Source of the DNA: Amoeboaphelidium protococcarum X5
Taxonomy: Eukaryota; Fungi; Aphelidiomycota
Length of the DNA: 9,572 nt
Assembly (NCBI GenBank): GCA_023515725.1
Contig: JALDTO010000111.1
Coordinates: 1-9,572 of the forward strand
Reading direction: 5' to 3'
Shown: positions 1 to 9,319 of the stretch, piece by piece
Position numbering within the stretch: position 1 is the stretch's first letter
Layout of the letters: every line of letters begins with the position of its first letter
Notes under the pieces: model-generated
Told to the model about the DNA's origin: nothing
What the model saw: the letters and a program-made list of their open reading frames with translations, nothing else
Database searches by the model: none
Program-made: the position numbers and the translations under genes

Positions 1-1
1 A

Positions 2-349
2 CCAGATGATATGGTTGGCAATAATCATGATATGTGGGCTTTCGGAGTAATGGTATTGTAATTGACAACGCTGCCTCTTGATGGATAAAGTCGCCATTCG
101 TTTAACTGGGATTGGGTCATTAATAGAAGAGATTAGCTTAGATTAGATCCTCAGTATCTCCCTATCGAAAATTTGGATGATCAGTTTAAGTTTAAAGACG
201 TGTTTGAGTCGCATAAGGAGAGATTGCTCAAGTTGGTAGAAATGTGCCTGTAAAGTGATCAATTTAGGTGTCATCTTAGCGGTGGTGACTAAAGCATGTC
301 CCAGTTCCTTGATGATTGGGAAGCTGAATTGAAATCGAATAAAGACTGA
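2..349 (+). CDS. Protein kinase-like protein, C-terminal lobe (5' partial), copy A
   Basis: Frame 2 with TAR=Gln reads PDDMVGNNHDMWAFGVMVLQLTTLPLDGQSRHSFNWDW...KERLLKLVEMCLQSDQFRCHLSGGDQSMSQFLDDWEAELKSNKD, ending at TGA 347-349. DMWAFGVMVLQL matches kinase subdomain IX (DxWSxG). LLKLVEMCLQSDQFR resembles subdomain XI. The catalytic motifs lie outside the window. Confidence 0.8.
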
Positions 350-356
350 ACTGCTT
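104..356 (+). repeat. Left arm of a long inverted repeat (partner 9320..9572)
   Basis: 104-349 versus the reverse complement of 9327-9572: 246 nt, 23 mismatches by manual count (~91% identity), no gaps. Similarity ends ~7 nt after the stop codon. Confidence 0.95.
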
Positions 357-456
357 GGAACAAATGATAAATTGTTATATGTAATCACATTATATTTTAA
401 GACAACACGTTCACAGATAAATACTGACTAAAGCCGGACAATGAACGCGAGCAGTT

Positions 457-1350
457 TCATTTGTCCGCAGCAGGAATGTAAGGCAAAACAGTGGGCGCTC
501 TGCTGACAGGCTTTGGAGAGAGTGAACGAGTCTGAGACGTACGAACGGCATTAACCAATTTGGACTGGGCCTGCTCGACGCGCAACTTACCAGGTTTCTA
601 GACCATCATTAACTTGAGAGCATGAATTTAAAATTCTTCTTTCAGAATATTGTCCCATGTCCACCAATGCGCCTCTGCAAACTTGTTGCTTAATCTTTGC
701 AGTGTTTCAGCCTACACACGCGTTTAACCGGCAAGTCCGGCTATGGATGATCGAAACAGCATTGAAACACATCAACTGCATAAATATCCTACCTTAATCA
801 GAGCCACATCATCAGTAAGACCGCATTCTTCGACTGACTACCATCCCATGAAAATCGATAAATACGATGGTCTCTCATCCTTGGATATCTCCATCAGCGT
901 CAGCACTTTATCGGCAATCTACAAATGCGAAGATGTTAAAAGACGATCAAATCATGCCGCTAATACAGTCTTCACACTTACCGTAGCAAGCTAATGTGCA
1001 AAAACGGCCTCGCTCTTATTAGCAATGATATCCATAGCAATATCTTCAACTTTATGCAATTATATTTAGATGAGGAGCTCAATTCTTAACTGATGGAGAG
1101 TCAGAATTAATGCAATCTGATGAGTGAACACGGTAAAGATGATTCGATGTTTACAGCCTGATGACTGGGACAGCCATGATGATTCGCTCAAACGACCCGA
1201 GTTACGAAGCGCGATTTGCTCTTAATTGTGCCACCGCATTTGAAGATAGACTAGAATGTTCTATTGCGCCACAATTTAGTCAGTGACTTCAAAGGTGTCA
1301 AAGTATTGACTCTTCTCAGTCTTTTAGCACCTTTGTTTTATAAAATGCTC
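457..1350 (-). CDS. Hypothetical protein, spliced; 5' end unresolved
   Basis: With TAR=Gln, one minus frame is open from 1350 to TGA at 459-457 once two phase-0 GT-AG introns (981-919, 792-712) are removed: ...LRIELLIQIQLHKVEDIAMDIIANKSEAVFAHQLAT|IADKVLTLMEISKDERPSYLSIFMGWQSVEECGLTDDVALIK|AETLQRLSNKFAEAHWWTWDNILKEEFQIHALKLMMVQKPGK...LPYIPAADK*. The first in-frame ATG is at 1239, but further upstream exons (to ~1613) are possible. No family recognised. Confidence 0.6.
712..792 (-). other. Spliceosomal intron (81 nt) of the hypothetical gene
   Basis: AAG|GTAGGA...GTGTAG|GCT. Contains an in-frame TGA. An alternative acceptor (CCATAG, 741) would give a shorter, frameshifted C-terminus. Confidence 0.55.
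919..981 (-). other. Spliceosomal intron (63 nt) of the hypothetical gene
   Basis: ACG|GTAAGT...TTTAAC...TTTGTAG|ATT. Contains an in-frame TGA, and removal restores the reading frame. Confidence 0.75.
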
Positions 1351-1735
1351 TCATAAGCACTCTAATGTGCTATTCTTTCGCCTCTTGCTTCTCCTGTAAA
1401 CAACTAGATCTGTGCCGAACGTGATCTTGGATATTGTATACTGTAGATTTTTTTGTAACTTCATATCTATCTCAAATTTTGTGAACTAGTATTTGAACCT
1501 TGGTTGAAGTTTAAGGTACCGTTTAAGAGCAGTTCTGCGGCTTAAATCATTTAATGACTTGGCGTTTTGAAATCAACGTCATAGTGTGGCGCATAGAAGT
1601 ACGGCTTCAACATTTAGAGTGGCACAAGTTTTGCTTTTAAATGTGAAAATCATCATTTGCACACTATTATGGTAACTTTCTAAAACTGTATTTATCATGA
1701 TACAAGCACTATTATATACTTTGCGTGACCAGTAT

Positions 1736-4700
1736 TCACTTTTACTTTTTGACAGCCTGCTTACCAGCCTAGGGTGCTTTCTTTTATGGAATCTACCGCA
1801 AGTCAACTTTTGGGGCGCTCATATCAGTAGAAGAGGAGTCATATCCACTAGATGCCATGCTTTGACGATTTTACTAAGAATTCACTTGCTTTTGACCGGC
1901 CGACTATTATTATCCAACCCCATTGAGCTGTGCATAACTTACAGGCAAATTAGATTGAGTAGGCTATTAGATGTATGATGCTCGATTTTATGTCTAATAC
2001 AAAGGCATTTATTAACCGTATACTTGTGGTGCAGGCTATGGATATGCCATCTGCGGCTACTAATACACTGGCGCGTATTACGGACGAAACTGAGGTAGCG
2101 TCATAGGCTATTAATACTGAGCAGCAAAACTTGTAACTTGCGGTAACTGTTGAGCAAATTGAAAGCCTCCGGGCAATGTACCATATCCATTAGGATTTTG
2201 CTGCGGCATGAAAGACATTCGATTACCACCAGCAAATGCAACGCCTGGTTACATGACTTACTACTGAGGCGGACGACTTCCAATTCCAACAACCTAGCCA
2301 ACACGCGGATCGTACGTCGCACTACGATTTTGTGTCTTTCCTGCGATCGAGGCCACCAAGCCACTAATCTGAGGCTGCACTTTTTAACTCGGCTACACCA
2401 ATCCTTGACCAACACCTGTCATAGATGGAGCGCCAGTTGACGACATTGCTGGCTGAGCCATGGACATTGCAGAGAATGCGAGGGGAAGATTAGCAACAGA
2501 GGCGCTTTCTGATGGAGTGGGGGATGAGAGTTTCTCAGGCACTGGCGGCATTTTTGGTACAAATGAGCCAGTAAACTGCGGCTTTTATATAGGCGGCGGT
2601 TACTGCTAGAATATTGGATACTGAGGTTACTGCTGCTAAGGATACATGTATCCGGTAGTCGATGGCGCGTAGTAGCTAGGATTAAAGACGGTCGACGCTG
2701 CGTAGCCACCCACTTCAGACATTGCGGTCGTGTATCTCTATCTCTCCTACCTCAAATCTTCGAGTTCTTTGCGCATCTGCTCCCTTTCTTGAGATATCAA
2801 CAACCTTTCATTCTCAATTTCAAACAGCACTGATTTGACATCTTCTTCGCTGACATCCGATTAGATTCTACCGACGGTGCTTTTTGCTCTACTTCTTACG
2901 CTTTTACTGTATCTTTTACTGTTTGATTTGGATTTGGATTTTTTTGACACAGACTACCTTGACACTATTCTTCTCCTGAAATGCTCCTCTTCGTCCACAA
3001 CAGACTCAATCTCTAACTTTTCAATCTTATCCTTAGAGGCATCACTATCTTCTTTGGAAGCGATTTACTCAGCTTAAACATCGACATTTAATGGCAGTTC
3101 AACGGTAGGCTACTCTTGAATGACCACCACCTCCTCCTCAGTCTACTCTGACTCAACGATGGATTCACCAACTTGGAATATTTCAGGCACACCTGGAGAT
3201 ACGGACTAGTCAGAAATGAATGTATTGGCACTAAAGGTTTACGACAGTCGAGAAGTTGCCTGTGCACCATCAGGAAAGTTATCAATCTTCATAAGCAACT
3301 CTGATGTTGTCTCTGAAAAAAACTTCTTATTTTTTGGCTACTCAAACTAATCTTCAGACTCGTCTTCATGATCTTGCGATTACGTACTTGACAAAGCAGA
3401 ATCTTCAGCCTCCGTGGATGTCATAGTCATTGCGCTTAACGGACTACTTAATCGATTTAGACCGACAGCCATTCTAGATCTTTTGTGATGAGATTTGATA
3501 GTAAAGTCGGATACCTCTGATGAAGCAGAAGAGTCAGGACTATCAATAGATACGGAAGGAGTCATCTACTTCAGAGCTTCAATTTTTAAGTCCAAGGGCG
3601 GCTAAAATCGCTCACTATTGTCAGTAACCGCTGCATTATTAGCCTTTTCAAAGAGCAAGTCCTTTAGAAACTTGACATTCTATTCCTATTCATTCCGAGA
3701 TAAATTGACATTCTAAAGATCTTGAGGCGATAGATACAACTACTTGGGATCGCATAATTGATCAATTAGGTCAGCATCGTCAATCTAACTGCTAATCTTC
3801 ATCGTACGAGCTTTAGATTGCCGCCCATGGAGACCGAAAGCCATCCATATGGCGTACAGCCAACGCACCATCTCAGTTTAAGTCTTTGCAAGAAATAAAG
3901 TAAAATTAGCAATCACGACTCCATCTGAATCCGACTCGGTTGTGTTGGCATCAACTCGTTCACCAAGACCATCTTTGTTGAGAGGAACTTGACACTGGAA
4001 AACATCTTTCCCCTAACCACCAATAGAGTACGATCCTCCATGAACTTTGAATAACGTATTCAACTATATGAGCTATTCTTTCTCCGGATAGACAATGTGG
4101 GCGTCATAGATATCAGACAATTCAAAGCACGCGTACTTCTAAGGTGATCGCTTCTTGGAAAATAAAGTTTTGGACTTATCACCAACTTTACCAGCCTTCT
4201 CTGCATCCTTCTAAGACAAATAAAAGTTTAATCGCCCTCTAATTTGCAGACTGCCCATCTGGGAAGGATATGGAGACATTTGCCGGTCAAGAACACAATA
4301 ATATTCTTTCCAATCGGTCGATCCTGCCAGACGAGCCTACAACCAACCTTCCATCTGCAATCCGCCAGTAGTCTTCAATTCATGGTGTATTGAATCCTCA
4401 ATGACACGCAAATCCAGTCTTGACTAAAGAAAATGATTCGTGAAAGCATTATTCAGCATCATTTCTTCAAATTGACTAAGGATGAGAATATTAATCCAAG
4501 TCACAGACAGTTAGTACGTGAAGGCCTCTTGCCAGTTACTAGATTACGATTCCCTTTAAGGCAGCGTCTATAACAGGTATCTATTAACACCGGCACTTGA
4601 TATACAGAAATACCCCACCAGAAATGGATTCTTGTTATGCTTCTACCGATACAGACCCAGAAACTTTACTTTACCATCATTAAGCCTGATATACACCGGA

Positions 4701-5455
4701 GTGGTGCTGCGGGTCAACTCCGCCTCAAATTGGGATAACTTCTCATCCAAAGCCTTCTGCTTGGCCAGCATACAAAGTTTACCAACCTCAATGGTCATAT
4801 TAGGCGTTGCTTTGAACAATTTAAGAGCAGTTCCAATAACTTCCACATAAAATAAATGCCATTGCTGATCACTCGACGCCTCTCCATCTGGCTAAAGGTC
4901 ATTACATTTATAAAGCCATCCAGAAAAGTATTTCTTACTAGCAAGAGTCTTGAACAATGATATAATTGATTAATTCTGTGATGTGGTATCAGATGGTTTT
5001 TTGCCTTCTACTCCTCTATCGCCACTACTCTTGTTACCCACCAAACTATCCTACCGCTAAGTAAGATTAGGCTCAGACTGTCCAAGATACTTTCCAAGCA
5101 GTTTAGTCTCCTTGAGCGCAGGGGAAGTTGGTGCATGAACGTTATCATCCATTGGATTCACTCCTTATTTCAGTGGGGTAGTCTATACTGATAATCGCCG
5201 CGATACAGTCGTCTTCTCCACCACATTCACAACTACAGAGTCCTTCCCATTGTAATCTCTATCAGGACTAGCTTATGTACTTGATGTGAATTATAATAAA
5301 TTTGGAGACGATTCTGTAAACTCTCCCAGCGATTGTTTCAACTCTGAATTTGAAACAGGCGATGATGACGAGGTGATTGAGCTCTGCTTTCTCAACGTGG
5401 CGCTCCTTTTGCTGGCCGGGCTCTTTGCCTTGGCTATCACTCTATTCTGCTTCAT
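1736..5455 (-). CDS. Skg3/Caf120-like tandem PH-domain protein with acidic linker, coiled coil and Q/P/Y-rich low-complexity C-terminus (1239 aa, single exon)
   Basis: One uninterrupted 3720-nt frame (AAAATG at 5455 to TGA at 1738-1736) when TAR=Gln. Motifs KKYFSGWLYKCNDLQPDG, QWHLFYVEVIGTALKLF, ISSAGVNRYLL, WINILILSQFEE, MEGWLQARLAGSTDWKEYYCV, AHIVYPEKEQLIQLNTLFKVHG and EMVRWLYAIWMAFGLHGR occur in the order I recall for the fungal Skg3/Caf120 family. Track ORFs 4643..4846 and 3380..3565 are pieces of this frame. Confidence 0.85.
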
Positions 5456-5999
5456 TTTGCTTTTAATGGAAAGTTTATTTTATAATATAAATGGAGGAGT
5501 GAAATTGTGTAAGAGTAAATCAAAGGAAATTAAAGTACCATGGCTATTTTTAATGCTTAATCAACAAGAGTTATTTTTATGATTAGCGTTTCAGGCGTCT
5601 TCTGCTCACAGCGTCACAATCACGTACTAACTGATAATCTTTAGTGTACTAGGTAAAGAGTATTTAGCACTATTAGAACACTTTACAAACAACATAATTT
5701 ATAAAATTGTTAAAACAAAGTAAAATTTTAGTCACATAAAGCTCTAGAATAAAATCAACGTTCTGTTTATAACACAGAAATCATGTCAGATTACTGCTCT
5801 CATTACAGGCTTTTCGAGTAACTAAAGCAATTTACAACTATTTGACGCGTGCTTTTAACCAACAGTAGTGAAACTGAATAAATAAATGAATGAACCGTAA
5901 ATATTCAAGGAGAGCCACGCGCTCTATATGAGAACGCGCAATCTTTTTAACGCGCAACAGAAAATTCACTAGGTAAGGACGATTATGGTTGCTAATTAA
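5456..5999. promoter_or_regulatory. AT-rich divergent promoter region between the PH gene and the aldo-keto reductase gene, with an ACGCG cluster
   Basis: Lies between two divergent ATGs (5455 -, 6000 +). ACGCG occurs at 5845, 5917, 5934 and 5950. Confidence 0.6.
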
Positions 6000-7069
6000 A
6001 TGACAGTACCCGAGATTAAAGTTCATCCTGAGGGTCCGGCGCTTTCTAGACTAATCTATGGCACATGGAGATTGTTGGACAATCCATCAGTTCACCCCTC
6101 CGATCCAAAGAGTGTTTTGGAGCGTATCAAGCAGTGTCTTTCCCTTGGCATTACAAGTTGTAAGTATTCTTCGTGCGCAATTGTATATGCCTCATCTCTA
6201 TCTCATCTCTCTTGTAGTTGATCTTGCTGATATCTATGGTGGTGGAGATCATTAATGCGAGGTGGCTTTTGGAAAAGCATTGACATTGGAACCATCTTTA
6301 AGATCACAGATGAAGTTGATCACAAAGGTAACTTAATTACATTATCGTCTCTTTTAAGAAACATCATTATATAAATTACCGAAATAAACTACGTAAATTG
6401 TAGTGTGACATTAGATTTCCTAATCCTAGCCATCCTGATGTACATGTGAAGCATTACGACACGAGTAAGGAGTACATTTTGCAGCAGGTGGAAGACTCTC
6501 TGCGCGCCGTGTAGACTGATTATTTTGACATACTGCTCATTCACCGTCCTGATCCGTTCATGAATGCAGATGAGGTGGCTAAGGCTTTCCGCGATCTTTA
6601 GGCGTCTGGAAAGGTGAAGTATTTTGGTGTGTCCAACTTCAAAACGTCCTAGATTGAGCTGCTGGAATCAAGATTGCCGTTCCCATTGGTGACTAATTAG
6701 ATTGAGTGCAGTGTGGCGCACACCGCTCCATTCTATGATGGTACTCTTGACTACTCGCAGATGAAGAGATCTAGTCCGATGATTTGGTCCCCTCTGTACG
6801 GTGGAAAGTTGTTCAACGAGCTATCGGAAGATTCTCAAATTCAGCGTCTGCGCGAGGCCATGTCCAAGATTGGCAAAAATCATAATAATGCTTCCATTGA
6901 TCAAGTTGCATATGCTTGGTTGTTGAATCATCCTAGCAATATGTGCTTGATCCTGGGAACTAATGATTAGAAGCGCATTGAAACCGCAGCAATGTCTGTG
7001 AATATAAAGCTGACGCGTCAAGAATGGTTTGCTATTTTGGAAGCATCCAATGGTAAAAGAGTGCCTTGA
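6000..7069 (+). CDS. ydhF: YdhF-like aldo-keto reductase (311 aa; exons 6000-6159, 6218-6327, 6404-7069)
   Basis: The spliced translation MTVPEIKVHPEGPALSRLIYGTWRL...LGITSFDLADIYGGGDHQCEVAFGKAL...LITKCDI...DILLIHRPDPFMNADEVAKAF...SGKVKYFGVSNF...RLPFPLVTNQIE...DGTLDYSQ...WSPLYGGKLF...SIDQVAYAWLL...LTRQEWFAILEASNGKRVP* follows E. coli YdhF (as recalled) end to end. The AKR Asp/Tyr/Lys/His tetrad is present. Six in-frame TAR codons; stop is TGA 7067-7069. The symbol denotes a homologue. Confidence 0.93.
6160..6217 (+). other. Spliceosomal intron 1 of the AKR gene (58 nt, phase 1)
   Basis: GTAAGT...pyrimidine-rich CTCATCTCTCTTGTAG. Removal rebuilds the conserved GITS-F-DLADIYG motif. Confidence 0.92.
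6328..6403 (+). other. Spliceosomal intron 2 of the AKR gene (76 nt, phase 0)
   Basis: AAG|GTAACT...TTGTAG|TGT, AT-rich. Removal rebuilds ITK-CDI (YdhF VSK-CGI). Confidence 0.92.
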
Positions 7070-7561
7070 GCTGTTTGGTTCTTAGTTGTGAGGTATTAGT
7101 CGGAATGAATAGCAATAAGATATATATATTTTTATGAAGTTAAAATACTTTATAGATTATGATAGTGGGGCTGTTATGTCAAGACGGCTTCTCTTATTCA
7201 TATTCAATCACACGGACTTGCTTAAGCCACTATGATATTGAGTGTATGATTGTTTGACTGTTAGGCAACTGAAAAATCTTGCCAAATATTAGCCTTTTCT
7301 TGTCGTGAAATTGCATTTTGATTGTATCCAATTGTGTCGCTCTGCTGTGATGCTGGATATAACTCACATGAATGCTACTTACTTATTTTCGATTGCTAAG
7401 TAATCATACTTGCTATCAGGCGAGATTTTGTATGTATAAAATGTTGCACGCGGTACTGTTGGGCTCAAAGATTCAAACAAGTCTAAAAATATGAAATTGA
7501 AGTCTTTTAACTTTCCATTGACCATACAAAGGCAATATTCATCTTTAATCATAAATTAACA

Positions 7562-9151
7562 ATGGATTTACGAATTCAAATTCCTGGTTCATAGAATCAC
7601 AAATAAAAGGCCATTACTGATTTTGAGCCTAGTGGTGGTGTCTCGATCAAGAGCTCCAAGTTGTTACCTAACTCCGACGCGTAGAAGGAGCATCTTAACT
7701 AGTATCAGGCAACTGCTATTGCTGGCAATGATTTATTGTCATCGGTCTTTTATACGGTTGGGTTGAGTACAACAGCCGCTAATGTATTGTCTCCACTATC
7801 ATTACTCTCTGTTTGTCTGTTCGTCCTCTACCCATTTCGCTTGATATATCAGGAAATTGGCTCACAGATAAATCAGAATGGATCCAGCTTTAATTGCTTT
7901 CTTCTACTAGATTAGAAACTTAATTAATGTCATCTCTAGTTAAATGGTTCGCCGACTCCATTAATCTCTGCCCGTCAAGCACGTCCTTTGAAGTCGGCGC
8001 CGACTCTGCCTCGGCTACTTGCTGCAATTGCCGCCGTCTTATCAATAATGGCGTATCTATTCACTGCTATCGTCTCAGCCAACTCGGCGGCTAACTATGT
8101 ATCCCAAGAGCTGGGGAACGTAAATGTGTTTGGGTTAACAATTGTTTTGTTATTGATCTTCACCTACGTTGCACTGCGTGGTGTCTAAGAGAGTTCAAAT
8201 GTGGCTCTAAGCATCTTTGTCATTCACATAATATCAATATCAGCTTTGAGCATTTGGGGTCTGTATTACGTGATTTTCGTCGATCAGTTTGCTACATTGA
8301 AGCAGAATATCTGGGTATCAACGTATGAAATACCACCCGAGACGTAGTTTGCCCAGTACATCGCTGGTATCGGAGCTGGAATGTTGGGTATTACGGGCTT
8401 TGAATCTGCTTCAAATTACATTGAATAACAAGGTTATAAAGTTTATAAATCGACTCTTCGAAATCTGTGGATACTTGTCACGATCTTTAATCCTTTATTG
8501 AGTGCTATTACTGTCGCTTCAGTTCCTCTGAATGCCATTACATCTAACTAAGATGTCGCTCTCTCTGTTGTAGCGCATAAATGCTGTGGCCTTAGCTTTC
8601 GAAGTATTTTGGCTCTAGATGCTGCTATTGTGCTAAGTGCTGGGATTTTAACGGCGTTTGTAGGTGTTGCCGGCCTAGCCAGTCGGATGTCGACCGAGGG
8701 AATGCTTCCTGAACTTTTTCTACCCCATAGTAATATCTATGGTCATCAAAAAAGTAGCCAAAATATTATCACCGTGTTCTCCGTCGTTATCATAGTCACC
8801 TTTGCCGTATTCAACGGTGATATTCACATTTTGTCCAAGTTATACACCATATCGTTCTTAGGTGTGCTCAGCGCCTCTATCGGTAGTTGTATAATGCTGC
8901 GTAAGCTTTAAAACAAAGCAATTGTGACGGAAGAAGTTGCTTGTGCCATTTTATCTGTAACTGTAGGATTTGCCACTTCGTTTGCTCTGAACGCAAATGT
9001 GTTGATAGCATTTACAACAATTTTCCTATGTCTGGTCGCGGTTGTCTGGATATCTATGCATAGATCGTCTATAAAATACTAATTAATAGAGTCGTCACCT
9101 ACAGATCCTTAGTCCTGGCTCAATGTCTCTCCGACCAACTCAATTTAATGA
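7562..9151 (+). CDS. APC-superfamily amino-acid permease (529 aa, apparently intronless)
   Basis: A single 1590-nt frame with TAR=Gln, ATG 7562 to TGA 9149-9151, with many hydrophobic segments. Motifs: ATAIAGNDLLSSVFY (TM1), LRGVQESSNVALSIFVIH, GMLGITGFESASNYIEQQ (TM6), TLRNLW, DAAIVLSAGILTAFVGVAGLASRMSTEGMLP. Track ORFs 7988..8188 and 8609..8911 are in this frame. Confidence 0.9.
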
Positions 9152-9319
9152 CTGACTGTATGTATTAGATTCTTTGCAGTCGATGTTTTGCCGGATGCGA
9201 AATAGCATTGTGGAGTTTATGAATAGAGTTGATATAAAGAAATCAAACAGATAGCTATAAAGTTGCAGTTTAGGTATTATAATGCCAATTTATTATCTTC
9301 TTCACAGTGCCATACGCGG

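Noticed and set aside
143-388. Track ORFs 143..388 (-) and 9282..9533 (+), which resemble each other
   Set aside because: Antisense shadows of the two kinase copies. The opposite strand carries the kinase motifs, and the similarity simply reflects the inverted duplication.
1088-1200. Cluster of CTGATGA/ATGATGA words resembling a hammerhead core or snoRNA C boxes
   Set aside because: No suitably placed GAAA or helices, and no convincing D box with terminal stem. Explained by TCA-TCA/CAT-CAG codons on the minus strand.
1345-1557. ~70-codon plus-strand frame under table 6 (MLSQALQCAILSPL...)
   Set aside because: With a single stop codon, frames of this length arise by chance, and no motif supports it.
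2641-2652. Perfect 12-bp palindrome GATACATGTATC, and short tandem repeats at 2900-2940
   Set aside because: Inside coding sequence (GYMY; SKSKS/SKRYSK low complexity) and consistent with chance or amino-acid repeats.
1697-5582. Short track ORFs 1697..1978, 2101..2415, 2150..2440, 2419..2709, 2877..3077, 3088..3285, 4632..4850 and 5286..5582
   Set aside because: All are off-frame or antisense to the 1239-aa PH gene and have no independent motif support.
7070-7561. ~490-bp spacer examined for tRNA, snoRNA or a small gene
   Set aside because: No cloverleaf, box motifs with stems or credible coding frame seen by eye. Treated as UTR and promoter sequence; an Infernal/Rfam scan would settle it.
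1736-9151. Interpretation as a cluster of pseudogenes riddled with nonsense mutations
   Set aside because: Internal stops are only TAA/TAG, never TGA, over thousands of nucleotides. There are no frameshifts, TAR falls at conserved Gln sites, and catalytic residues are intact.
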